The notes beneath the pieces were generated by a model that was not told where the DNA came from, did not search any database, and saw only the letters and a list, made by a program, of their open reading frames with translations. This document shows, one piece after another, positions 7,970 to 15,042 of a stretch of DNA of 57,466 bases. The position numbers and the translations under genes were made by a program. This stretch comes from a virus (lineage: Duplodnaviria; Caudoviricetes), in IMG/VR virus record IMGVR_UViG_3300048026_000121, positions 1-57,466 of that record; one strand, written 5' to 3'. Numbering within the stretch: the first letter of the stretch is position 1; every line of letters begins with the position of its first letter.

Positions 7970-8206
7970 GTATATCCCCCAGGATGTAACAAACAGTGTA
8001 ATATATTGAAACATTACGTTACTTATTTAAGTAAAACTGGTTAACATACCTTACCAATTCCCACCTAATTGAAAATACCCCCCCGCTGTCATTGGGCATA
8101 TATGTATAACGCCATACCCCCCAGTGGCCCATGCGCCCCCGATTAACGGTTAAGGCTCTGTTATACATTCAGAAATTACAATATGTTTATTCAACCTATA
8201 GGAATA

Positions 8207-8308
8207 TAGTTTAATGTTAAATCAATTGGTTTAAAGCTAAACTATTATGGGAAAAAAGTAGTTTAACGTTAAACTATTTCTCTATGAATTTCATTTAGCA
8301 TTAAACTA
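8207..8308. repeat. Four copies of an 18-bp palindrome, consensus TAGTTTAA-NN-TTAAACTA
   Basis: 8207-8224, 8227-8244, 8259-8276 (perfect palindrome TAGTTTAACGTTAAACTA) and 8291-8308. Confidence 0.8.
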
Positions 8309-8314
8309 TTGGGG

Positions 8315-8388
8315 TGTGATCACAAAATACACTAGGCAACTACACTTTGTGATCACATTTCTGGTGGTCATCTCTATTTGTGATCACA
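8315..8388. repeat. Three copies of the palindrome TGTGATCACA
   Basis: Exact copies at 8315-8324, 8348-8357 and 8379-8388. Confidence 0.9.
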
Positions 8389-8437
8389 TTCAGAGAAACA
8401 ATATTTTATACCTTATAAATATAATACGCTCATTCTG

Positions 8438-8573
8438 GAACGAATCAGGAACATTGATGTTTCAGTAGAACAAAATAGAAACATAAATAAAAATACTAAA
8501 AAAGAATTGTTTGTTTTCAATAACTTATAAAATAGTTTGGTGAAGTGTATTGCAAAGTGAATAACAATAGAAC
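8438..8573 (+). promoter_or_regulatory. Three alphaproteobacterial-type LexA (SOS) boxes
   Basis: GAAC-gaatcag-GAAC (8438-8452), GAAC-aaaatag-AAAC (8468-8482) and GAAT-aacaata-GAAC (8559-8573); consensus GAAC-N7-GAAC. Confidence 0.7.
8515..8527 (+). promoter_or_regulatory. IHF-like binding site
   Basis: TTTCAA-taac-TTA has one mismatch to WATCAA-N4-TTR and an upstream A-tract. Confidence 0.45.
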
Positions 8574-8606
8574 AATTATTAATCATCGAAACAAGGAAAC
8601 GAGAAA

Positions 8607-9191
8607 ATGAGCTACATCAAAAACATTCTTGCAATCTATGATCAAGCTGATCAATCAGAAATGGCGCATGGATTGAACTGGTATTCTGATGCTAAAATTG
8701 CAGCATTTGAAATTGCTGATAAGTATCAAATGCCATTGTCCATTGTTGTTGGTGTGATTGCAGCGTTATCCCCAACAAATAAATGGGAAAGAAATATTGT
8801 TGATGCTGATAAGCTGATCGAATGTTTTGTTAATGGTGGATATATGGAAGATATCAATGTCTGTACCTATAAAACAATGAAAGAAAAAGCTTGGAATATT
8901 ATGGTGGAAAACAATCCCTTGGTGGATCACATTGTTAAGCTTTTAAATGGGCCAAAGATAACTGATTTTTTCCTATGTATCCTAGGCCATGACGTTTGCG
9001 TAATTGATGGACATGCATGGTGCATTGCAAATGCTGATCGCAGAACATTGCAAGAAGTGCCCAATATTGGGAAGAAATTGCGCAAGGAATTGCAGGATGC
9101 ATACGCTGCTGCAGGTGCAAGCCAAGGTGTGACAGCCTATGAAATGCAAGCAATCACATGGGTTGCATGGAAACGTATTTATAACGTGTAA
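8607..9191 (+). CDS. First early protein, possible HhH-GPD/DNA-glycosylase-like fold
   Basis: GLNWY, IAALSP, GPKI, VIDGHA and MQAITWVAWKR motifs; AAGGA RBS. Confidence 0.6.
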   Translation: MSYIKNILAIYDQADQSEMAHGLNWYSDAKIAAFEIADKYQMPLSIVVGVIAALSPTNKWERNIVDADKLIECFVNGGYMEDINVCTYKTMKEKAWNIMVENNPLVDHIVKLLNGPKITDFFLCILGHDVCVIDGHAWCIANADRRTLQEVPNIGKKLRKELQDAYAAAGASQGVTAYEMQAITWVAWKRIYNV

Positions 9192-9203
9192 AGGAAAGAA
9201 ACA

Positions 9204-9407
9204 ATGCGCAGATCATTCTATATCTATGAAGGTTTTGACAGGGGCCAAGCTTTGGCAATCACCAACAATATGAAACAAGCTAAAACGTGGGCAATCGAAC
9301 TGTCGAAAACGTTGGGCACAATTACAGTTCGTGATGCCCTAGGTGGCCTACGCTTAGAAGTAAATCCAGATGCGCCAGAACAACACCAAGTAAAGGAAAC
9401 AAAATAA
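9204..9407 (+). CDS. Early hypothetical protein
   Basis: AAGGA RBS; in a tightly packed operon. Confidence 0.7.
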   Translation: MRRSFYIYEGFDRGQALAITNNMKQAKTWAIELSKTLGTITVRDALGGLRLEVNPDAPEQHQVKETK

Positions 9408-9628
9408 TGTCGCATACTGACCTACAAGATTGGGAAGCAAACAACGTTGATCTGTGGATCAATAACGATGAGGAATTATATTGCGATGCCTATGGCAAGG
9501 TCACAATGATTGGCCCCAAAGAAGCAGCCAAGGAAATGTGGCGCATGTTGAAAGGAAAGAAAACGCCTGATGGTGCACGATATACCTACAATCGTATCTA
9601 TGAAACACTAGCAAAAATGGAAGTGTAA
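9407..9628 (+). CDS. Early hypothetical protein
   Basis: TAATG coupling and RBS; NVDLWINNDEELY...TPDG motif. Confidence 0.75.
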   Translation: MSHTDLQDWEANNVDLWINNDEELYCDAYGKVTMIGPKEAAKEMWRMLKGKKTPDGARYTYNRIYETLAKMEV

Positions 9629-9630
9629 CA

Positions 9631-9705
9631 ATGGCAATCCCTTACTTTCTACTAGGCGTGTTGATCTGCTGCTATGTGATCGCATGGTTAATTGAGACAA
9701 GATAA
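9631..9705 (+). CDS. 24-aa hydrophobic micropeptide
   Basis: MAIPYFLLGVLICCYVIAWLIETR exactly fills the gap between the flanking ORFs. Confidence 0.5.
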   Translation: MAIPYFLLGVLICCYVIAWLIETR

Positions 9706-9706
9706 A

Positions 9707-9970
9707 ATGAAACAGGAAATACATATGACATATCAAGAAGCACTAGAACAAGTTGAGACAATGCAGGGGCGTGTTGCCTACAAAGAACGTCAAATCCAGA
9801 GCCTAATCAATCAGCATGGGCAAGGTGTCAGACCATCGTGGGTGTCAACTGACCTAGCAATCTACAGCCAACAGATGCAGGACTACACAAAGCAATTATC
9901 GTATGCTGAATATGTTGTTGCCCACTACGAGGCAGCGCAGGATGCACTAGCAGATCAGGAGGGTGAATAG
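9707..9970 (+). CDS. Early hypothetical coiled-coil protein
   Basis: In-operon ORF; start 9707 or slightly downstream. Confidence 0.7.
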   Translation: MKQEIHMTYQEALEQVETMQGRVAYKERQIQSLINQHGQGVRPSWVSTDLAIYSQQMQDYTKQLSYAEYVVAHYEAAQDALADQEGE

Positions 9971-10204
9971 ATGCAGTACAGAATAAACATTGCGAAACGT
10001 GAACAGATACGTATGCGGTATGGCAAGATGGAAGACAGCTATCGCCACTATTTCAAGATTGAAACAGACCTGTTTGGTGATGCCCTGCTGCAACTAATAT
10101 CTGAGCAGAAACAGATGTACCCTGCACCAGAATGGAACGTCACATTGTATAGGGAAACATCCTACTCTGAATTGATAGACCTAGACGAAAAGGAAACAGC
10201 ATAA
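9971..10204 (+). CDS. Early hypothetical protein
   Basis: GGAGG RBS; abuts the upstream stop. Confidence 0.75.
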   Translation: MQYRINIAKREQIRMRYGKMEDSYRHYFKIETDLFGDALLQLISEQKQMYPAPEWNVTLYRETSYSELIDLDEKETA

Positions 10205-10410
10205 TGGACAAGTTCGAGAAAACATTTGCTGCAATATCAGGGCATTTCCTGACACAGCAACTGCCTAATAACTGGAAGGACTTCGATGACGAATATCTTG
10301 AGGAATGGTTTGTTGAATGTGCTGTGCACACCTACGAATATTGGGACTGGGAAAAGGTCTATGCAAAGATAGCAGCAATCACAGAAACAGTACTGGAGTT
10401 AGACAAATGA
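10204..10410 (+). CDS. Early hypothetical acidic protein
   Basis: TAATG coupling and AAGGA RBS. Confidence 0.75.
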   Translation: MDKFEKTFAAISGHFLTQQLPNNWKDFDDEYLEEWFVECAVHTYEYWDWEKVYAKIAAITETVLELDK

Positions 10411-10643
10411 GAGACCACCCAGAAACAGTTTATGTAGTATTCTACACGACACGTAGTGACACAGGCAAACCAAGCCAAGCATGGGGCGACCCAAACAATC
10501 CAGTGTACCTAACAGATCACTGGGAGATTGAATGGACAAGGCGCAGGGCAATCGCAAGGTATGATCAAGTGTTCAAAGAATACGACATACACACAGCAGG
10601 TATTGCGCCTATTGATGAAGAATACAAAACAGATTGGATGTAG
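10407..10643 (+). CDS. Early hypothetical protein
   Basis: ATGA coupling at 10407 and GGAG RBS. Confidence 0.7.
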   Translation: MRDHPETVYVVFYTTRSDTGKPSQAWGDPNNPVYLTDHWEIEWTRRRAIARYDQVFKEYDIHTAGIAPIDEEYKTDWM

Positions 10644-10645
10644 AA

Positions 10646-11023
10646 ATGATATCTCTTAAAGAAGCACGTAAGGCAGCAGGTCTTACACAAGTTGAAGTAG
10701 CAAATTATGTACATGTAACACAAAGCACGATCTGCCAATGGGAGCAGGGTCTAAAGACAATACCAATAGACAGGCTGCGACAGCTATCCAAACTGTACGA
10801 CACCCCAATGTCGGACATCCAAGCAACTGAGGTATCAGAAGAACAATACGTCACTAGCTTAAAGGTTAATATGTCATATAGGCAACGCCACAAATTGGTT
10901 TGCGATGTGATCCATCAACTAATCACTGACTGGTACAACCCCAAGGACAGGGCAATGGCAACTAAACTAATTGAGAATATCTCAAACAGTAAATTGAAAG
11001 AATACATGGAAGGAGTAAAGTAA
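10646..11023 (+). CDS. XRE-family helix-turn-helix regulator
   Basis: LKEARKAAGLTQVEVANYVHVTQSTICQWEQG is a classic HTH_XRE pattern. Confidence 0.9.
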   Translation: MISLKEARKAAGLTQVEVANYVHVTQSTICQWEQGLKTIPIDRLRQLSKLYDTPMSDIQATEVSEEQYVTSLKVNMSYRQRHKLVCDVIHQLITDWYNPKDRAMATKLIENISNSKLKEYMEGVK

Positions 11024-11238
11024 TGTTTAAGATAGAAAAAGGTATACCCATTCCAAAGGGAAAAGGCAGAGCCAAAGGTCAGCTACGACTGACAGTAGAA
11101 CAGATGAACGTTGGCGACAGCATCGTTGTCCCAAAGAAAAACATAGAGCATATGAGAGCACTGCAAGACAGGTGCGGAATAAAAATCAAGGCTCGTAAAA
11201 TTGATGATGAAACCTTTAGAGTATGGAGAACAGTCTAA
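11023..11238 (+). CDS. Small putative DNA-binding protein
   Basis: FKIEKGIPIP...MNVGDS...RVWR pattern common in alphaproteobacterial phages. Confidence 0.7.
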   Translation: MFKIEKGIPIPKGKGRAKGQLRLTVEQMNVGDSIVVPKKNIEHMRALQDRCGIKIKARKIDDETFRVWRTV

Positions 11239-11486
11239 TGCCACACCCAATGAGAGCTGTAATAGTATTAGACATTGACGTTGATAAGGTGCTGGACGCT
11301 GCAGATTTCTCTATGTTCATGAAGACTGTAGCAAACCAGATCGAAAGCCCTCTGGATGGGGTGACGATCACACACAGGATTGCAGGTGTACCACTGAAAG
11401 AAAGACGAGGTAAGAGTGGAACCCTTGAAGAGATAGTATTCAGAGGGACACGAGGCCCATACAAAAAAAGTTTAAAGATGGGTTGA
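11238..11486 (+). CDS. Hypothetical protein
   Basis: TAATG coupling and GGAG RBS. Confidence 0.65.
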   Translation: MPHPMRAVIVLDIDVDKVLDAADFSMFMKTVANQIESPLDGVTITHRIAGVPLKERRGKSGTLEEIVFRGTRGPYKKSLKMG

Positions 11487-11537
11487 AATATTTTTATTAA
11501 TCCCCATGTAATAGTTACAGAAAGAAAAGGAAAACAA

Positions 11538-11897
11538 ATGGAACTTACTGTAAACACAGCAGAAAAAATTCGTGAAGAGGCATGGGCATCTGCAGTCGTA
11601 GCCACAAACAAGTACATCGAAAAGTATCTTGATGGTGAAGACCAGTTTGCCTGTGGGTTTGCTTGGGTCACAGTCTACCCAAAGCACAAGGGCAACACCA
11701 AACTAGGACGTGAAGAACGTAAAGTTCTTACAGCCCTAGGTCTTAAGAAAGACTGGACAGGTAAAGCCTACCAGTGGTGGAACCCTAGCAACTCTGGCTT
11801 CCAGAATGTTGATTGCAAGGAAGCAGGAGCACAGGCTGCAGCAACAATCCTGAAAGCCTATGGCCTAGAAGCCTATGCGGATTCGAGACTAGACTAA
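11538..11897 (+). CDS. Hypothetical protein with CGFAWV motif
   Basis: AAGGA RBS; CGFAWV...SRLD pattern recurrent in phages. Confidence 0.75.
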   Translation: MELTVNTAEKIREEAWASAVVATNKYIEKYLDGEDQFACGFAWVTVYPKHKGNTKLGREERKVLTALGLKKDWTGKAYQWWNPSNSGFQNVDCKEAGAQAAATILKAYGLEAYADSRLD

Positions 11898-12040
11898 TGT
11901 GGATTGATCTTATCATATCAGACAAGGGTGGTTTGCGTATTGCAAATCACCTAGTCAACACAATGGAAGAGGCAACAAAACTCTGGAGAGTTTACACCTC
12001 ATTTGGTTTCACAGTTAAGATTGAGAAGTTGAGAACATGA
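11897..12040 (+). CDS. Small hypothetical protein
   Basis: TAATG and ATGA coupling on both sides. Confidence 0.6.
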   Translation: MWIDLIISDKGGLRIANHLVNTMEEATKLWRVYTSFGFTVKIEKLRT

Positions 12041-12258
12041 TTGATCCAGAGCACGAGATTTCTTACACATTCAACTATGGCGGTAGGCAACGAACATACT
12101 ACTTTGACAGTAGAGATAAGAACATAAAGACACACGCCATGTTCCAAGCTGACAGCATGATCAACCACTGCGTGGATGGGTACTGGAAGCTGACAAACGT
12201 GGATAAACGAGAGTACACTTGGACTAACATCTACGACAGCAGAGCGAACAGAACCTGA
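12037..12258 (+). CDS. Hypothetical protein
   Basis: Coupled ORF. Confidence 0.65.
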   Translation: MIDPEHEISYTFNYGGRQRTYYFDSRDKNIKTHAMFQADSMINHCVDGYWKLTNVDKREYTWTNIYDSRANRT

Positions 12259-12332
12259 TGGAAACATATGAGATTATAGCGATAGCATTGAACGTAGGTT
12301 ACGTAGGGTTACTTGTGTTCATTGGGTGGTGA
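12258..12332 (+). CDS. 24-aa hydrophobic micropeptide
   Basis: TGATG coupling; METYEIIAIALNVGYVGLLVFIGW. Confidence 0.5.
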   Translation: METYEIIAIALNVGYVGLLVFIGW

Positions 12333-12375
12333 GACAATCTGTCATACTTGAAACGAAACAGGATGGATATAACTA
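12330..12375 (+). promoter_or_regulatory. Operator-like box plus promoter
   Basis: TGAGACAATCTGTCATA followed by TTGAAA-N14-TATAACTA. Confidence 0.55.
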
Positions 12376-12383
12376 ATACTAAT

Positions 12384-12449
12384 AGTATTACTAACAGTTA
12401 AAACTTATATCTTTATTTCTTATATAGATTAGTTACTGTTAGTAATACT
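12384..12449 (+). other. AT-rich long inverted repeat (hairpin B)
   Basis: Perfect 15-bp stem AGTATTACTAACAGT (12384-12398) / ACTGTTAGTAATACT (12435-12449). Confidence 0.8.
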
Positions 12450-12467
12450 TTAAGAAAGGAACTTAAA

Positions 12468-12689
12468 GTGTATACTACAGGAAAGCCCTACTGGTTCAGA
12501 GTTATTACAGCTATCAGTGTTCTGATTAATGTAGTATTAGGGGGTAGTAACAACCAAACTTTCAGTGCTAGGAACTGGCAATGGAAAAGAGATAAAAGAT
12601 TTAATATTGTTTGGTTGATTGATGTAGTCCTAGGCAAGGGTCACTGCGCTGAGTGTTGGGTCTACTGGAAAACAAGGAGGAAGTGGTGA
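12468..12689 (+). CDS. Hypothetical protein
   Basis: AAGGA RBS and GTG start; SVLINV..GG...TFSAR...HC motif. Confidence 0.7.
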   Translation: MYTTGKPYWFRVITAISVLINVVLGGSNNQTFSARNWQWKRDKRFNIVWLIDVVLGKGHCAECWVYWKTRRKW

Positions 12690-12886
12690 CAGATGATGAC
12701 TACAAGAAAGTTTTACAGTTGTTGAATGAGGAAGACACAGAGGACTTAGTAAAAAAGATTATGTTGACGAACACTGAACTGATGGAATCAGTCTACGATC
12801 TACAAGAATTTATGGAAGACAGTGGACTAACAGCAGAACAGTTTCATGAGTGGAAGAAACAAAAAGATTTGAGGATGTACCATTGA
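12686..12886 (+). CDS. Hypothetical acidic protein
   Basis: GGAGG RBS and GTGA coupling. Confidence 0.65.
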   Translation: MTDDDYKKVLQLLNEEDTEDLVKKIMLTNTELMESVYDLQEFMEDSGLTAEQFHEWKKQKDLRMYH

Positions 12887-13098
12887 ATATTTATATACCA
12901 GAACCTATTACTATTTTACTTGTAGTCTTATCTTTCTTAGCAGGTTTCCTGTATAGACAGTACACAGACAAGGAAGACATAGCAGACGCATACGATGAAG
13001 GGTTTGAGAAGGGTAGTAAGGAAGTGGTCAAAGCATTCTCTCAATTAACAGGGAAGGATATTGAGATTGAGTTTGACAAGGACTACATGGACAGATGA
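12883..13098 (+). CDS. Hypothetical single-TM protein
   Basis: TM helix followed by AYDEGFEKG; TTG start inferred. Confidence 0.6.
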   Translation: MNIYIPEPITILLVVLSFLAGFLYRQYTDKEDIADAYDEGFEKGSKEVVKAFSQLTGKDIEIEFDKDYMDR

Positions 13099-13137
13099 TC
13101 CACACGATGATGTAACACACTGGCTTGGGAGATTGAA

Positions 13138-13323
13138 ATGATACAGACCAGAACTCTTGAAGGAAGACTAATCAGCCTGGAGAAATATATCTCTGACCTG
13201 GCACGTCAAATAGATGACTACGAGTGGGACAACAAACTTGATCTGGCTGACCTACTCAAGCCACAGTTAGAAGAAGCAAAGAAACGTAGAGAACAAGGTG
13301 AAGTCTGGGAACCTATGTTCTAA
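13138..13323 (+). CDS. Hypothetical protein
   Basis: GGAG RBS; 61-aa ORF. Confidence 0.65.
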   Translation: MIQTRTLEGRLISLEKYISDLARQIDDYEWDNKLDLADLLKPQLEEAKKRREQGEVWEPMF

Positions 13324-13329
13324 GTGATA

Positions 13330-13406
13330 CCACCCTTAGCTCAACTGGATAGAGCAACTGCCTTCTAAGCAGTAGGTTGTAGGTTCGAGTCCTACAGGGT
13401 GGGCCA
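13330..13406 (+). tRNA. tRNA-Arg, anticodon UCU
   Basis: Acceptor stem CCACCCT/AGGGTGG, D-arm TAGCTCAACTGGATAGAGC, anticodon arm ACTGC-CTTCTAA-GCAGT, T-loop GGTTCGAGTCC and encoded CCA. Confidence 0.97.
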
Positions 13407-13423
13407 AAACAAAAGGAAGTAGA

Positions 13424-13720
13424 ATGAAGAAGAGTTATGATGATAAGTACACCAAGGGTACAGAAGTCCTGAAGAAAAGAAAGTTAGGTCTTGTCTTCTA
13501 TAAACCCAATGGACGTTCTGCCTACAAGATAACCAAAAGACTACAGGTTCTAGATGTTAAAACAAACAAGGTTAAAAGTGTATGGTTTGCTCAAACTCTA
13601 AACAGAATTGGTTACTTCCTAGATCCTAACAGAGGCTATGACACAGAGGCGAGTGGACTTTACGAAACATTTGGATGGCAGGTTCAAGGAGATATCATGG
13701 AGGCAATAGAGAATGATTGA
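13424..13720 (+). CDS. Hypothetical protein
   Basis: AAGGA RBS; coupled to the next gene. Confidence 0.7.
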   Translation: MKKSYDDKYTKGTEVLKKRKLGLVFYKPNGRSAYKITKRLQVLDVKTNKVKSVWFAQTLNRIGYFLDPNRGYDTEASGLYETFGWQVQGDIMEAIEND

Positions 13721-13991
13721 AGCATCAAAATTAATAGGCCACAGTGCAGCTAAGTGGTCAAAGACACAACCACATGAAGGTATCTGGTGGACAAATAAAC
13801 TGAGCCAAGGGGTTAAGGGTGCATCTAAATCTTACATTGCTTATTCACCCTTGAAGCATCGACTTATGTATGTCCAACAGCTTTGGAACCCTGAGGAACA
13901 GAAGGTGAAATGGTTAGTTGGTGCTACCAGAAAAACCTTTGATGATCTTGATGAAGCAAAAGAGTTTGCAAAGGAACTGCTAAATGATTGA
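13713..13991 (+). CDS. Hypothetical protein
   Basis: GGAGG RBS; coupled ORF. Confidence 0.7.
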   Translation: MIEASKLIGHSAAKWSKTQPHEGIWWTNKLSQGVKGASKSYIAYSPLKHRLMYVQQLWNPEEQKVKWLVGATRKTFDDLDEAKEFAKELLND

Positions 13992-14667
13992 AGCAACATA
14001 CATAGACCACATGGGATCTGACCTGTCAGTTGTGAACGCTGCACGAGTCAGCTTTGGTAAGAAGTCTGACTGGATGCCAAGAATACACAATGGTGAACCA
14101 AAGGTACTGCAGTTCAAAGATGACAAGCTGATTAAGTATCTAGCCAAGCACAAACACATCAGCCCATTTGGCCATGCCTTTGCATCCTTCCACGTCAAGG
14201 CACCAGTCTTTGTAGCACGTCAGCTAGTGAAGCATAAGTTCTTACGTTGGAATGAAATCAGCAGACGTTACGTTGATGAAGAGCCTGAGCTTTATGAACC
14301 TGATGTTTGGCGTAGACGTAGTGCTGACAAGAAGCAAGGCAGTGAAGGTGCTATTGATCAGTCTGGTTATAGATATGATGCTACTGCTGAACATCTTACT
14401 AGAATTAGTAATGATAATGCTGTATATCTTTACAATCATTTACTTTGGGAGGGTGTCTGCCCTGAGCAAGCACGTATGGTACTGCCACAGTCAATGATGA
14501 CTGAGTGGTACTGGTCTGGATCTCTTGATGCCTTTGCTGACATGTGCCACCTCAGATGTAAGTCAGACACACAACTTGAAACACAGATCGTGGCTAACTA
14601 CATAGATGATAAGATGCAGGAACTATTCCCCATATCATGGGAAGCACTAAGGATGTATGCAGAATGA
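13984..14667 (+). CDS. thyX: Flavin-dependent thymidylate synthase
   Basis: NAARVS, HISPFGH, VARQLVKH, WNEISRRY and EQARMVLP motifs. Confidence 0.95.
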   Translation: MIEATYIDHMGSDLSVVNAARVSFGKKSDWMPRIHNGEPKVLQFKDDKLIKYLAKHKHISPFGHAFASFHVKAPVFVARQLVKHKFLRWNEISRRYVDEEPELYEPDVWRRRSADKKQGSEGAIDQSGYRYDATAEHLTRISNDNAVYLYNHLLWEGVCPEQARMVLPQSMMTEWYWSGSLDAFADMCHLRCKSDTQLETQIVANYIDDKMQELFPISWEALRMYAE

Positions 14668-14876
14668 CTGGTATGATTGGAGTAGAACAAGTAGAGGAAC
14701 ATGAGGATGGCAGTGCCACCTATCAGTTTCATCTTGATAACAAATGCGCCAAGCTATTACAGGAAGAAGGACTGAAGCTAGTCCTCTACTGTGCAGCAGC
14801 AAAGCTAGACATGCAGGTTGTCTATGACTTTATTGAAGACCATATAAGGTATGAGAACGATGAGCAAACTACCTGA
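14664..14876 (+). CDS. Hypothetical protein
   Basis: ATGA coupling; EHEDGSAT motif. Confidence 0.65.
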   Translation: MTGMIGVEQVEEHEDGSATYQFHLDNKCAKLLQEEGLKLVLYCAAAKLDMQVVYDFIEDHIRYENDEQTT

Positions 14877-15042
14877 AGGAAGAAAGCCACTGGGAAATAA
14901 GTGGTATAGTGACAAGATTCGTGCTATGACTTGGGAAGAACGTCAGAGATCGAAAGAAAAGGAACAGAGTAATGACAGCAGCAGTGAACAGCAGCAACGA
15001 GATAACCCACCAGCCTTGCCCCTACGAGGACTGTGCAAGTAG
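14860..15042 (+). CDS. Small hypothetical protein overlapping the primase start
   Basis: Fills the gap between ORFs; 3' part overlaps the primase gene. Confidence 0.45.
   Translation: MSKLPEGRKPLGNKWYSDKIRAMTWEERQRSKEKEQSNDSSSEQQQRDNPPALPLRGLCK

Noticed and set aside
7985-8022. PhoB/OmpR-type direct repeats (TGTAAC, TGTAAT, TGAAAC)
   Set aside because: Spacing is 12 and 10 bp and the match is weak in AT-rich DNA; not supportable without a matrix scan.
8027-8153. CtrA boxes (TTAA-N7-TTAA)
   Set aside because: TTAA-like half-sites here are spaced N6, N10 or N3, not N7.
8207-8388. CRISPR or mini-CRISPR array
   Set aside because: Repeats are 10-18 bp palindromes with short irregular spacers and there is no cas operon; the Cas4-like gene is in the replication module.
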